Assembly (NCBI GenBank): GCA_951406725.2
Contig: OX597834.1
Location: forward strand, 23,932,001-23,996,000
Reading direction: 5' to 3'
Origin: Octopus vulgaris
Taxonomy: Eukaryota
DNA: 64,000 nucleotides
The notes under the pieces were generated by a model that saw only the letters and a program-made list of their open reading frames with translations, searched no databases and was not told the origin of the DNA. Positions 26,220-40,515 of the stretch are shown here, piece after piece; within the stretch, counting starts at the first letter, position 1, and each line of letters opens with the position of its first letter. The position numbers and the translations under genes were made by a program.

Positions 26220-26430
26220 TGTATTATGGAGATGTACTCGCATAGCAAGTGACCTGATCTGAGATCGTGTGCTGGAACGAAAACAACTGCAGCGTGAAAG
26301 GTGTTTATAAGCCATTGAAGAAACACAAAAAACATTAGATTCACTTCAACATTTAAATTTAATTTGCCAAAATATTTTCGTCGCTTTGAGACCGCGACCT
26401 GTTCACAGAGAAAGTTCCGTGCTGCAGCAT
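26220..26430 (-). mobile_element. Probable Penelope-type terminal-repeat fragment with degenerate hammerhead architecture
   Basis: Flanked by (TA)n. Minus strand has a gtcgc/gcgac stem followed by GAAA-atat-TT. Confidence 0.4.
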
Positions 26431-27600
26431 ATAGATATATATATGTAGCATTATTGGTTAGAAATTTCTTATGGCATCTGAGAGAAAAGGAGAGAGAACA
26501 AGAGTGAGAGAGTGAAGAAAATATAAAAAAAGGAAGATAAACAGTGAAGGTAAGTCTTCAGCCAATTAATGGCCAAAACCAGCCAAAATTTGACCATTTC
26601 ACAATTTATGCTTCAACCAGTAGAACCAACATTGGGTTTCTCACAATACACAAGAGATATATTTTGACTGAATAGTATCAGAATGGTTGAGGTACTGGTG
26701 ATGTTAATGGTGGCGTCAGAGATGGTGGTGGTGGTGGTGAAGGTGACTGTACAATGATAAATGGTGGCAGTGGAACACCTCCATTGCATGAGGCTGCTGT
26801 CAATGTCATGCTTAATTAAATTCAATGTATAAAAAAACAAAATTAATTAAAAATATTTACAGATAATTTGAAAAGAAAATCTATTTATAAGCCTTGTCAC
26901 CATTATTATTTGCATCATCTCATTAACTTTACTATCAACACATTCACATCAACATAAACACAATCATATCAGCATAAACACCACCACCACCACCACCACC
27001 ACCATCACGACCACCATCTTTCTCTCTACCAATGCCTTTCTGTTTCACTTTACTTCCTCCCCCCTCACCTTCGCTGATTACAATAGTTCCTATGTATACT
27101 GTGGTGGTGGTGGTAGGGGCAAGTTACTACACCTGTACACACACAGAGAGAACAGTTTATTTTTTCCCTTAGCAAGACTAGTGTAGAAACATTGATAGGC
27201 CCACACTTACATAAATGACATACTAACATACCTCTAAACTGTTGCTATAGAAACAGTTACAGCCAGCTGAGCTCATCAAACCAAGCAATTATATTTGGAT
27301 GGTTGGAAGGTTGGTTCAGTGGTTTCCATTGCATTTGAGGGAGAGTTTTTCCATATGGTTACTTCACTACATCATTATCAGCAGTGAAGGTTAAAAAGGT
27401 TTGCAATTTTAGACATTAACTGGTTCGAATATTGCATGCAAGTACACAGTCACAGGTTCAAGTCTCATCATTTTATTATACACTCTGCAGGACATGCCCA
27501 CCAGCAAGAAAGATAATTCTATACAACAAATAAAGCCAGAAGAAATGCTGCTGAGCATTTTGTCCAGCATGCAAACAATTCTGCCATCTTGCTACTCTAA

Positions 27601-28082
27601 TCATCATCATCATCATCGTTTAGCATCCGTTTTCCATGCTAGCATGGGTTGGACAGTTCAACTGGGGTCTGGGAAGCCAGAAGGCTGCACCAGGCCCAGT
27701 CTGATCTGGCAGTGTTTCTACGGCTGGATGCCCTTCCTAACGCCAACCACTCCGTGAGTGTAGTGGGTGCTTTTTACGTACCACCGGCACAGAGGTCAGG
27801 CGAGGCTGGCAATGGCCACGATTGGATGGTGCTTTTTATGTGCCACCGGCACAGAGGCCAGGCGAGGCTGGCAACGGCCACAATCGGATGGTGCTTTTTA
27901 CGTGCCACCGGCATGGGGGCCAGGCGAGGCTGGCAACGGCCATGATCGGATGGGTGCTTTTTATGTGCCACCGGCACAGAGGCCAGGCGAGGCTGGCAAT
28001 GGCCATGATCGGATGGTGCTTTTTACGTGCCACCGGCAAGGAGGCCAGTTGGGGCAGTGCTGGCAACAGCCACGTTCGGATG
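27601..28082 (-). mobile_element. RTE-family tail copy with about five ~60-bp internal tandem repeats
   Basis: (cat)n tail; repeats of gtgccaccggcacagaggccaggcgaggctggcaa...ggatggtgcttttta. Confidence 0.9.
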
Positions 28083-28819
28083 ATATATATATAGAGAGAG
28101 AGTGAGTAGAAATGAGAAGTGGTGTATAGCATAGAAGATGGCAAATAATAATAATCCTGAAAGGCCTGAAATTTGGAGGGAGGTGGTGAGTCAATTACAC
28201 TGACCCCAGTGCCTTACTGGTACTTATTTTATCAGCCCCAAGAGGATGAAAACTGGAATATTCCAGCAGACGACCTCTATGTTCAACAAACTATGAAAGG
28301 AGAAGGAATGAATAACGGTTTAGGGAAGATAACATACAAGTTCTTAAGACCTTCTATGATGTCATGCATGTCCCCACAGACAAATCTCAATACGAAACAA
28401 ACATACCTAAATTGGAGAAAGATACATCCTGGAATAAGACACAACATAAATAAAAGCTTGCTAATGTCAGAAGAAACATTATGGAAAAAACCCCCAAAAA
28501 AAACGAAATTACTGACTGATTTAGAGACTGACCATTGATCAGATTACACAATTAATAAGGAATAAAAAGTCAATTCCTTGACTTCTTTCTAATCTTCCTT
28601 GTTTCACTTTTGTCCCAAATTCCATACCTATGTAATTTGAGAAAATGTGGAGAGCATGTACAAGACTTTCAATTACCAGTTGGGAGTACACAAGGAGAAT
28701 GATAAAATTATTGCAGTCAAAGCTAAATTCCAAAAATCATATTGAAGTAATAAATTCAAGAGCAGTACTCTTAATCAGATATAGAGTTAGAATTATAGAC
28801 TGAACCAAAAGGGAATGAA

Positions 28820-30760
28820 AATGAAACTAATGAACTAATTACAGACTAACCTATTGTTGATAGAAAATGCTATAATGGTAAAAAGAGTCAATGTAACTGA
28901 TGAACAAATTGAAATGCTCCCTGAACTAGTCTTAAATATTGAGGAAATTGAAAATCAAACAGGTGTTGATTGTTAAATAGATTGTTTCAACTGAACTAAC
29001 TGCTTTGAAGGATCAAATCACGAGTGAATGGCTGAGAGTTAAGAAAACCAGTATGGATGAATGTGACAGTCTCCTAAAAATTCACAATTCTAAGCAAAAC
29101 CAGATGGTAATTGGTAGGTTTGCCTTGTCCTTAAAGACATAATTGCAACTAAGGATATCAATATTACAAAACTCAGTCACCTTCATTATGCTTCTGCTAA
29201 GCTTTCAATGAGCTTATATAGTGAAAAAGGTTACAGAATAAAAGCATCTCCACAAAAAGCCTGCTTGGCAAGGGTGAATTCATCAGCGAGTCAACTTAGA
29301 TCAGACATAGAATGTTTTAAGTTAAATCTGTCTAAAATAGGAAAATTAAAGAGAAAAATATAACTGATAAAATCTATACTTGACATTGACACAACTGCAG
29401 AAACTATCAAGCAAAAAGTCTCTGCTAAAGTTGTCCACATGTGAAAAGTGCTTTAGGTTCTTCAAGGTCAACTGCATATTTAAAAACAATCCAAAAAGCT
29501 TATCAAAAGGACAGGAATTTTGGAGTAGAATCTGGGCAGAAGATAAAAACCCACATTAAAAATGCTCCTTGGATTGACAGATTATAAACTGACTTAGCTT
29601 ATTTAGAAGAGCAAAACTGGAGATATCAAGATAGAGGAAGTAAGAACTGCTCTTAGAAAATCAAGCAAATGGCAGTCTCCAGGAAAGGATAAAATTTCTT
29701 ATTTTTGGTTAAATGCCTTCTCAGAAAGCCATAGACTGCTAACTAGACCCTATAATAATGCCGTTTTGGTTAGTTAATGGTGTTATATATCTACTCCTTC
29801 CAGAAAGAAGAAACAAATGAACCTAAAAATTACAGACCTGTAACTTGCTTAACAACTATGTAGAAGATATTAACATCTGTTTTGATTGAATACATGTAAA
29901 ACTTCTTAACAAAAAATGGCATCTTCCCCAATAAGCAAAAATGCTGTAAACATGGGTCCTATGATTGTAAAAGATCAGCTTCTCATCAATAAGATTTTTT
30001 GGAAGATTGCCACCCACAGAGAGCTTAACAATGCTGATATTGACATGGTTACTACCCATCAGTGGTTAGCATCCTCTGGCTTAAAATCAAAGACAGGAGG
30101 GTTTATTACAGCAGCTCAAGATCAATACCCATTTGCAAGAAGCTATAGGCCAATGTCTTGAATGGCAACAGCCCAACATGTTGAGTGTGTAAAAAACAGT
30201 CTGAAACCAATAATCATATTGTCTCCATGTGTAGCCTTCTTGCACCCTCGAAGTATCTCTGCAGCCATAATAGAACTCCACTGAGTAATTTGCAAGGACC
30301 TGGACCTACCCTGTCATACAAATTGGTAGGAACACAAACCACCTCCAGTGCTTGAAAAAGATCATATCTCACCCCTACAAAACTTTTCTCTTCAAACTGC
30401 CAGACACATGCAAATAGGCTAGATATTATATTGAAGGATTTCAGATGAAAATTATGCCTCCTCATTGATATAACTGTTCCATTTGATACAAATGTATTTG
30501 TGATGACCTGCCAAAAGTTGAGCAGGTACAAAAATCTTGAAATAGAAATTGGCAAAATGTGGAATCTTAAGATTAGAACAATACCTATGGTTGTAGGTGT
30601 CCTGGGAAAAAAAGCAAAAGGTGCTGATTATTACCTGTCTCAAATCCTAGGGAATCCAAAAATGGAAGAAATTCATAAAATAGTATTTATGAAGACTGCT
30701 CATATTCTACAAAATATACGGTCTATAACTCTGAAACAATCTTTTTTCACACATTAAAAG
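28820..30760 (+). mobile_element. R4/Dong-clade non-LTR retrotransposon, degenerate and internally deleted
   Basis: EFWSRIW, WQSPGKDKI.YFWL, PKNYRPVTCL, GFITAAQDQ, remnants of a CCHC knuckle, and a restriction-like endonuclease ANRLDII...LIDITVPFD....KLSRYKNLEIEI...IPMVVG. Confidence 0.85.
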
Positions 30761-31149
30761 AACATTTTCTAAAACAATACTTCTTATGAACCCAAGATAC
30801 ACAATTAAAACACAAATACCTCTCCCCTCAAAACACAGCAGTTATCAACCATTCTAGTCATAATGCCCATTTGAACTCATAACTTGCTGTCTCTCGAGAT
30901 CTCTGAGAGAGACTTGGACTCAGTTTGTACAAACACAAAGCAAAATTCAAGCATAACAATAATAATAATGTTGATGATAATAATGATGATCCTTTCTACT
31001 ATAGGCACAAGGCTTGAAATTTGGACGAGGAGACTAGTTTATTATATCGACCCCAGTGTTTCACTGGTATTTAATTTATTGACCCTGAAAGGATGAAAGG
31101 CAAACTTGACCTCAGCGGAATTTGAACCCAGAATGTAGCAATGATAATA

Positions 31150-32182
31150 ATAATAGAAAATCTACTAAAGACAGTTAATAAAGAACATGTGATGAAGTGT
31201 GGACAAGAATGAAATACAAATGGAGCACATCAGACAGATTGAAGAGAAACCTCTACATGGCCAATTTTGGAAAGCCACTGAAGATGTATGTAGAACTAAA
31301 AATCCTGGGCTTCGTTAAAAAAGGGGCAATTAAAAAAGAAACAGAGAGCCTAATTGTAGCAGCCCAAGATCAAGCAGTAAAAACAAACTTGAGAAAATAT
31401 ATATATGACAAGAATGTTTCAGAAAAATGTTTGAAAATTTTGTTTAATTTAATTTCTTCATGTTTTATTTTGTCTGCTGCCAGTATTCCCAAGTACTTGT
31501 ACCACTGTCTTTTCTCAAAGCTCTCATTGTTTGCCTATTTGGCATTTCAATTCCTTGACTTCTTTCTAATCTTCCTTGTTTCACTTTTCTGTCCCAAATT
31601 CCATACCTATGTAATTTGAGAAAATGTGGATAGCATGTACAAGACTTTCAATTACCAGTTGGGAGTACACAAGGAGAATGATAAAATTATTGCAGTCAAA
31701 GCTAAATTACAAAAATCGTATTGAAGTAATAAATTCAACAGCAGTATCCTTAATCAGATATAGAGTTAGAATTATAGACAGAACCAAAAATGATATAAAG
31801 AAACTTGACAGAAAAACTAGCAAGTTGTTGACAATGTATGGAGCCCACCACCCGAAAGCTGTACCTGAGGAGAGACCAGGGTGGAAGAGGCTTAATAGCA
31901 GAAGAAGAATGTATACAGATGGAAAAAAAAAAGCATAGTAGAGTATTTACAGAGCAGTACAGAAAAACTACTAAAGACAATAAATAAAGAACAGGTAATA
32001 AAGTGCATATAAAGGCGGCAAAAGGACAAGAATGAAATTCAAAGAGGGCACATCAGACAGATTGAAGAGAAAAATTTACATGGCCAATATTAGAAAGTCA
32101 CTGAGGATTTATGTAGAACAAAATCCTGGGCTTGGTTAAAAAAAGAAACAGAGAGCCTAATTGTAGCAGCCCAAGATCAGCA
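31150..32182 (+). mobile_element. R4/Dong-clade fragments with internal inversion and duplication
   Basis: KKETESLIVAAQDQ occurs twice. SKLN..N.IEVINS.AV..IRY..IID.TK...LDRKT.KLLTMYGAHHPKA. 31430-31660 is inverted (IGMEF..., KYLGIL). Confidence 0.8.
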
Positions 32183-33102
32183 TGCTTTGTCCAACTCCAT
32201 GCCAGTGTGAAGAAAGATGAAGAAATGATGATGGTAATGATGATATATATGTACATTTGTATTTATATCCCCATATCCATTAGTATTAATGAACAAAAAA
32301 AATTGTTTCTCTCATAGAGGGTAATTATTGAATTTAGCTGCTGACCTCATGGCTTGTTAGCTTGGAGTTTTGCCAAACTCAGCAACCATGAGCAATGCAG
32401 GAACTTGGTTGTGTGTGTATCAGAAGTAAGGTCTGGTCATTAGATAGTGTGCATAGGGAAATAAAGGGGATGCTCTCACTAAAGAGTATTTTTGTAATTT
32501 CTTCATTTGTTAAATAAAATTCAACAATTTCTTGTTTGTCCAACACAGCTGTCTGTAATATAGTGTTGTTTAGTATTCCACTCACGACCATTTCATTTTT
32601 GTAAGGGTATCTAGGATTATGTCATTAAATGTCTCCCTCCTTGATCCAACTCCAGTACTTCTTATTTTTTTTGTAAAGCCTGGTACTTATTCTATTGGTC
32701 TCTTTTGCTGAAATGCTAATTTGCAAGGAGGTAAACACACCAACAGTGGTTGGAGATAAACACAGATACAAAGGCACACACACTGATATATATATATATA
32801 TATGATGGGCTTTTTTCAGTTTTCACCTACCGAATCCAAGCTTAGATTTGAAACCAAATCTAAGAATTCTTGCTTGTCCAAACCACTATGATCAACAGGC
32901 ATGAAAAAACGTTTCCTTTGTCCTGTCAATAAATGATAAACCATCTCCCTTTGACCTATGACCTCAGTCATGTCAAGCAAAATTCAAATGGACAGGAGCT
33001 GACCTATTTAGGCACAATCTCTGCTACAGTATGTCTGTCCTTCTAGCTGCCACAGTGGTCAACAGAGACAGACTGAAAGGTCCATGACACACCGGATTAT
33101 AT

Positions 33103-33328
33103 GTTTCTTTATTGTCCACAAGGGGCTAAACATAGAGGGGACAAACAAGAACAGACAAACGGATTAAGTCGATTACATCGACCCCGGTGCGTAACTGGTA
33201 CTTAATTTATCGACCCCGAAAGGATGAAAGGCAAAGTCGACCCTGGCGGAATTTGAACCCAGAACGTAACGGCAGACAAAATACGGCTACGCATTTCGTC
33301 CGGCGTGCTAACGTTTCTGCCAGCTTGG
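33103..33328 (-). mobile_element. SINE family B
   Basis: Reverse complement matches 12557-12790. Confidence 0.9.
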
Positions 33329-34760
33329 TAGACTACTTTCTCAGATGATCAACGCACACACAGACACAAAAAGAAACATATTCAGTTGTGACATATCACC
33401 TCCACAGATGTACCCTGTTTCTATTACTAGCAACTTGTAGCAGTTATCAACAATTACATGTGATGAAGAATTATGTGTACTAATGTCAAATTTAAGTGCA
33501 GTGAATAAATCATTTTAACTATGAATCGATGTCATTCATTTGTTTACTTCAAAGACATCCACATGTCTATTGCATATGTTCACCTTAACACATACTAATA
33601 CACACTTAACCACTACATATTTATAAAAGTAAGAATAACACAGAAATAATGGTAAATAAGCATATTCTTAGAACAGCCCACTATGTTACTTCACACCTCT
33701 AGAGACCAGTGATCATAGCTGTGGCCACAATACCTGGTTTATGAGCTGGCAGAGATGAGAATATAGCTAACTGAAATTCTTAAGGAAACCTTTCCAGTAA
33801 AAATTAATAAATTTTAAAAAGTATCATTAAATATTAATTATATATGCTAGTATTGATGAAAGAAAGATTCACTGAATTAGATGTCTTGCAAACAACTTGC
33901 ACATGCAAGTGCTACCAGTCAAAAGCTCTGTATACCAGAAGCCAGCAAGTTACACAATAGGAAGCAAAATACAATAAATAATTGTAATATTGTCTCTGAT
34001 GGGGTAAAATATTGCCAGTATTTCAAGGGGAGAGTTTGTATATGTGATAATGTTTATATTGACTGTGAACCCCCTTATTTTTGAAAGGATAAAGTATTGT
34101 AGGAATGTATTTCAAGGGAACAGTCTGTGTGCGATGATGTTTACATTGGCAGTGAACCCCTAATATTGCAGAGTGTATGATTGATTCACTTGAAGACAGA
34201 ACCATCATCTTGACAGTGAAGTTTTATAGAAGAGTAAGGTCCCTTTATTTCAGAAAATATATTTCTGACTGTATTCCCTTTCCGTAATTGCTAAGCAGAA
34301 TCTTGAAGCTGCTAAAGTAAGTAAAGACAAAAAAATAATAAAATAGAATTTTCCATAATGGAGCTCAAAATCAGCTATGTCAGGAGACTCATTAAAAGTA
34401 CAAACAAACAAACAAACAATTACACTCCTCACCAAAAAACTGAAAAACTATTCATCATCAGAAGAGATGAAAGGTCAATAATTAACCAGAAATTGAGTGG
34501 AAATCAATTGACATTTTACAGAATGATGAATTGACAGTCAAGAATAATGACAAAGTCTCTTTCTTTAGAAGATATGGATCCAGATTGGAGCAAAATCTGA
34601 ATGGGGCGAAAAGAATTTAATCAGATTGCAGTGTAGCTACAAGAATTATGAAAAAACTATTGTCTCTCTATAAACCCAAACAAATAGTTCTTGGCAGAAC
34701 AACTGATGTTTATATTGGCAGTGAACCCCTAATATTGTAGAGCGTATGATTGATTCACAT

Positions 34761-35432
34761 AGGTCTCACTGAGGAAATGACCAGCGACCGAGACCTTTGG
34801 AAATATGCTGTGCGTGAAAAGACCAGGCAGGACAAGTGAGTCCAGCCCACTTATGCATGCCTTTCCTCCCTTGGACACACAAAGACCTGTTGAGGCAAGC
34901 GAAGTCGATATCGAACCTCATCCGACGACAGGCACCTATGCCTACCCCCCTTTGCTTGCGAAGACCTGTTGGGGCAAGTGAAATCGGAATCAAAATTGAA
35001 CCAATCCTATGACTGGCACCCGGCAGATGCCAGGACCCCTGGACTGGAGATACGTAAAAAGCACTATCCGAATCGTGGCCGATGCCAGCGCCGCCTCGAC
35101 TGGCTTCCGTGTTGGTGGCACGTAAAAAGCACCATCTGAATCGTGGCCGAAGCCAGTGCCGCCTCGACTGGCTTCCGTGCCGGTGGCATGTAAAATGCAC
35201 CAATCCGACCGTGGCCAATGCCAGCCTCGCCTGGCACCAGTGCAGGCGGCACGTAAAAAGCACCCACTACACTCATGGAGTGGTTGGCGTAAGGAAGGGC
35301 ATCCAGCTGTAGAAACATTGCCAGATAAGACCGGAGCCTGGTGCAGCCTTCTGGCTTCCCAGATCCCCGGTCGAACCGTCCAACCCATGCTAGCATGGAG
35401 AATGGACGTTAAACGATGATGATGATGATGAT
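34761..35432 (+). mobile_element. RTE-family 3' end, CpG-retaining (relatively young)
   Basis: ORF end GLTEEMTSDRDLWKYAVREKTRQDK*, then UTR repeats and (gat)n. Confidence 0.9.
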
Positions 35433-35469
35433 GAAGACAGAACCATCATCTTGACATGCACAAAGTTTC

Positions 35470-36110
35470 TTTGTGGATGACCTGAATGCGTGTGACAAAG
35501 ACATGAAGAGCCATTTTGATCTAGTTATGAGATTCTCAAAGGATGTTGGGATGAAATACTCGAATCAGCGCTGGGATGAGACTTTGTCTTAAACATCAAT
35601 TCAAATAGTCTTTGAATGCCACACCACATCTCTTTGACAACATCTACTAATCCATTAAGCATGAAAGTGTAGCTATGGATCAAGTCCAGGAGTTGAAAAG
35701 GAAAGTATTCCATCAGAAAGTATTGCAGAAGGATGGACACTTAACAGTGGATAACAACAGATTAATTCAAAATAACAGTAACTGATATATTCATGGTGGT
35801 CTAACAACCAGTATATTAACTTTCACTTTGAAGGGTAGAGTTAAGCATACCAGAAACAGGAAATACCAACAAAATACTCAGATGCAGATAAAACACCCAG
35901 ACATGTTGAATGATGGAGACTGTAGAATTAGAACTGAAAATGTGGGGTACATCATTAGCAGCAGTCTAAGAATATTCTTATGTTATTTATCTATAAGGCA
36001 TGATGTTATGGCAAAAGACATTATGCAATGTACTTCATAGACAGGACAGACCTGAGGATGAAAACAAAATGAAATTACATTGACGTAGAAGGTTTAACAC
36101 AGGCAGCCAT
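35470..36110 (+). mobile_element. Heavily deleted R4/Dong-like LINE remnant
   Basis: DDLN....FDLVMRFSKDVGMK and YIISS....YLSIRHDVMAK motifs. Confidence 0.5.
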
Positions 36111-36139
36111 GTTGTGAGATAACAGGACAGAATGTGTAA

Positions 36140-36765
36140 ACATCATCATCATCGTTTAAGGTCTGCTTTCCATGCTAGCATGGGTTGGACGGTTTGATTG
36201 TGGGCTGGCGAACCAGATGGCTGCACCAGGCTCCAGTCTTGATCTGGCAGAGTTTCTACAGCTGGATGCCCTTCCTAACGCCAACCACTCCGAGAGTGCA
36301 GTGGGTGCTTTTATGTGTCACTGGCACGGGGGCCAGCCAGGCGATACTGGCAACGACCTCACTTGGATTTTTTTTTTTTATATACATGCCAAGAGCACAG
36401 GTGCCAGTAAGGCGATGCTAGTAATGATCCCACTTAAATGGTGCCTCCTACATGCCACCGGCACAGAAGCCAGTTAGCCGCTCTGGCAACAATCACGCTC
36501 AGATGGTGCTCTTAGCACCCTACTAGCATGGGGCACAAGTGCTAGTAAGGCGAAGCTGGTAACGATCACACTCAAATAGTGTCTTTTATGTGCCACCTGC
36601 ACAGAAGCCCGTTCGCTGCTCTGTCAACGATCACGCTCGTATGGTGCTTGTGCCTGTCATCAAATTTCACTTTGATTTTGATTTTGATTTCACTTGCCTC
36701 AACAGGTCTTCGCAAGCAGAGTTTAGTGTCCAAAGAAGGAAAAGGTACGCACAAGTGGGCTGGTT
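36140..36765 (-). mobile_element. RTE-family tail copy
   Basis: (cat)n tail and ggatgcccttcc motif; inverted relative to 34761-35432. Confidence 0.85.
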
Positions 36766-37031
36766 ATGGTCTCATTTGGGTTGCCAGGTCATGTGTATGT
36801 GTGTGTCAATTGGTCAAAACATACAGATAGTATAATGACATGCATGTACATATGTACACAATTAAATATGCAACTAAGTAACTAGATGCTGTTGTCAAAA
36901 TTCAGGTGATGGAGTCTTGTTTCTGGGTTGGAGAGCAGCTATTTGTTGGTGAAAAATTTTAAACAAAAAACCAGAGAATATATAGGTGTGTATATACATC
37001 CACACACACACACATACATATGTGAAAAAGC

Positions 37032-37073
<42 letters not shown>

Positions 37074-38459
37074 AACTTGTACTTTCACATAATATCACAT
37101 AATCAATGGACAAAGATGGGCAAAATATACACACAAACAGCTAGATGCACACGTGTGTGCTCACATGCAGACAGACAGACACACACACACACGCCAGACA
37201 TGCTTATAATCAAATCACCTATTTGAACTGTAGCCAATGGAAAGCTTCAGTTATTTTTAATGATTTCTATTTTGCTTTCTCTGACTGTTGTTGTAATTGT
37301 TGTTACTGCTGTTTATTGTTATTGTTACTGTCGCTGTTGTCTTTGCTGCTGCTGTTGTTGTTAGTTTTTTTTTTTTTTTAAGAGCATTTACTGTTTGGAA
37401 TGGTATCAATGGCAACTCAATGTGAATAGAACATATCTCAGAATGAAGCATACTGAGATGTGGAGCACATTGTGTGGAAATGGTTTGAATGGAATACATT
37501 CTGTGTGGAACACAATCTGTATAGACCATATTCAATGTGAAAAAAAAAAAAAAAAGACATAGAAAAAACAGTGTGAAACTTATTCAGACATTGACAACAT
37601 AGAACTAGATTTAGGTTTAATACTGTATAAGAACTAATACTTCAAATATATATATAAGCACACACAAACACAAACATACACTTCAGGGTGTCATACATGA
37701 TCAACAAAAATATCTATTCTTCAGCAATATAGTGAGATGCGGGGGTTTAGCTTGTTCCTGATGGAGACAAGGGTAAGGCCTAATTAAAACAAAATCTATG
37801 AGAAGAGAAATAGCAGGACATGGGAAACTAACTGGAAAAGAAACTAAGACAGCCTCTGAGCCACTGCCTCTCACCTGTAAAAGAATGCAGTCATTAAAGA
37901 AGACCTTGTCTCTCCCAAAAATGAAAAAATAAAAATAAAAGATCTCAATATAATGACCTTTCACAAGATAGAATCTTCAAAATATCAAGAATCAAGAAGG
38001 TTTATGTGTTAGGACAAGGATGTATGTGATAGCATTGTCCTCAAACTTCAAGGAATCTATCTCTGCACCAGTACCACAGTGCCAAAGGTTTTGGGGGTAG
38101 GGTATATATTTTTGTTTCTTAGGTACTAATGATTTAATCTTAGCAGAAGGTTTAAAAAAGTAGAATAAAAACACCAGATACAGTTTGAATACAGGATTTT
38201 GATGGCAAGTAAAGCAAACATTCTACAATTTTCCAGTTACTACCACCAATACTTTTTTCACAATAACTGATGTAGAGAGAGAGGATGTGGGAGAAAGAGT
38301 GACAGTGCTGGTGTGCGGCAGGGGAAAGATAGTAGAAGCTGTCAAACCTTCATTATAGAGAGAAAGTGAAGAGAAGGGAGGAAAGAGAAACAGAGGAAGA
38401 CAGGCAGATAAGAGAAAGAGAGAAACAACAAACACGTGTCAAAGTGTGGGTTTTTTTGC

Positions 38460-38640
38460 CGTAATAACCAGAGCTTTTGAGTTAGGGATTTCTAACCTAG
38501 CACACTCACATACTCGCCTCTTTTTACAGGTCCCTGTAATTTTTGGAGTGAATCCGATGGGATCTAGTGCCCTTTAACCCGTTCCAATGCCAAACCAGAC
38601 AAACAAACAAACTTTTCGCATTTCAGATTTATAATATAAA
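38460..38640 (-). mobile_element. Possible non-autonomous Helitron-like fragment
   Basis: Minus strand begins tatattataaat..aaatgcgaaaagtttgtttgtttgtctg, like the 5' ends of Lep1-type elements. Confidence 0.35.
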
Positions 38641-39659
38641 TACACACATATACACACACACACAAACATACACACAAACACATACAGACATACACCCTCT
38701 AGATAATTGTCAAATGGCTTGAAGCCATCTCATTAAACTCATGCAATCAGTGATCGATTGACATTTTTTTACCCGAGTGTGTAAGAGTGAATGTATGCAT
38801 GGATTTGTATGTATGTGGATGTATACCTGTGCATGTGTGTGTAAGTGAGTATGTGTTTGTGTGTGTGAGTGTAATCAGGAAATCTTGGAGGAAATTATGC
38901 ACAACAACATCGACAAAAACAAGAAGCTTTGCCTAAATCTCCAAATAATAACAATAGCAATTTCTAAGAGAGGCACAAATCTACAAACTAGGGTTAGTAA
39001 GTGTTTAGTTGAATAAACTGGCTCTTATTACATAACTGGTATTCTATGTTAATGACTCTGAAAGAATGAAAGGCAAAATTGATCTTGGCAAGACTTCAAT
39101 GCAGAACATAAAGAGCCTTTTGTTTTATGTTCTAACAAAGCTGCCAGCTCACCACTTTAACAACAACAAAACAACAATAATGATGATAGTATCAGCTCAA
39201 AGTTAAAAGACAAATACTCATTGAGAAAAGGGACTCTTGTTAACATACTTCACTGGCCCTTTTTTTAATTCCCCATAACCAGAAAGAATGAGACATAAAA
39301 ATCAATTCTTGTAAGATTTGAACTAAAAACAATGTAACCAACAACTGCAGTGTATTTGGTCCAACATTTTACCAACCAACTGCCCTAACAACAACGACAA
39401 TAATCCTTTCTACTATAGGCACAAGGTGGGGAAAAAGTTGATCATATTGACCCCCCAGTACTTGACTGGTACTTAATTTATCAACCCTGAAAGGATGAAA
39501 GGCAAAGTCGACACTGGTGGCAACTGAACTTAGAACATAAAGACATGAAATACTGAACTTAGAACATAAAGACATGAAATACTGCTAAGCATTTTGTCCA
39601 GTGTGGTAATGATTCTGCTTACATCAGGTCATCCTGTAAATAATGTTTGAATTTGGGGT

Positions 39660-40285
39660 AAGGAAAAAAGTGATATAATTTTACATTTTATTAAAATTTC
39701 AAGCCTGTGTATAATTCTCATCATTATCAATGACTTCTTCCTTCCATCTACTCATCAGTTTTTTAAATCCCATTGGTGAAAAACTCTTTTGGTTTTGATG
39801 AGAAGAGAGGTCAGTTTTGACCTCTTTGGGGCTTTTGAGTACTAATCCAACTAAATGATTCTGTAAGCTTTGAAACAAATGGTAATCAGAAGGAACTAGG
39901 TCTGGGGAATAAGGTGGGTGAGGGATTTTTTCCTCAGCCAAGTCACATGAATTTTTTCTGATATAATCTTTGCAGTGTGGGGGCTTTGAATTATCATGAT
40001 GAAACACCATGCCCTTATAATTCACCAAAGTAGGCCATTTTTCTTCAAAGTAACATCCAAATGCTATAATTATTGGCAAGAGGTGTGTGCAGTAATTGTT
40101 GCATTAGGTGATAGTAGCTCAAAGTGGAGCACTCCAATGCAATCCCACCAAAGAAAGAAAAAACTATTTTTGCATGGAGGTCCTTTTTGGGTTGTGGTTT
40201 AGCCTGTTCTCCATAACTAAGCCATTACTTGTGTCATTAAATATTTTCAAAAAATACTCATTTTTCATCACCAATCACTAATCTG
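39660..40285 (-). mobile_element. Mariner transposase 3' fragment
   Basis: VFHHDN...PHPPYSPDLVPSDYHLFQSLQNHL. Confidence 0.85.
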
Positions 40286-40299
40286 TCCGAAAATGGTGA

Positions 40300-40515
40300 G
40301 ATATGTTCACAAGAGTCAGGTAGTGGTGGTCAATGGGGCCACCTCCAACAAAACACAAATAATGAGTGGTGTTCCACAGGGCACTGTCCTGGGACCACTT
40401 CTGTTCATAATGGTCCTCTCTGATATGCCCTCAGCTGCTCAAGTAGCCATCCTTGCTAGCTATGCAGACAATATCAAAGACTTTCAGAAGATACAGGACC
40501 CTGGAGACATATCGT
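40300..40515 (+). mobile_element. CR1/L2-type reverse transcriptase fragment
   Basis: QVVVVNG.TS....MSGVPQGTVLGPLLF....DMP....SYADN (decayed YADD). Confidence 0.85.

Noticed and set aside
27767-28105. Repeat-spacer-like periodicity suggesting a CRISPR array (also at 2783 and 18960)
   Set aside because: The units are fully tandem with no unique spacers, belong to a LINE 3' UTR or minisatellite, and sit in eukaryotic context with no cas genes.
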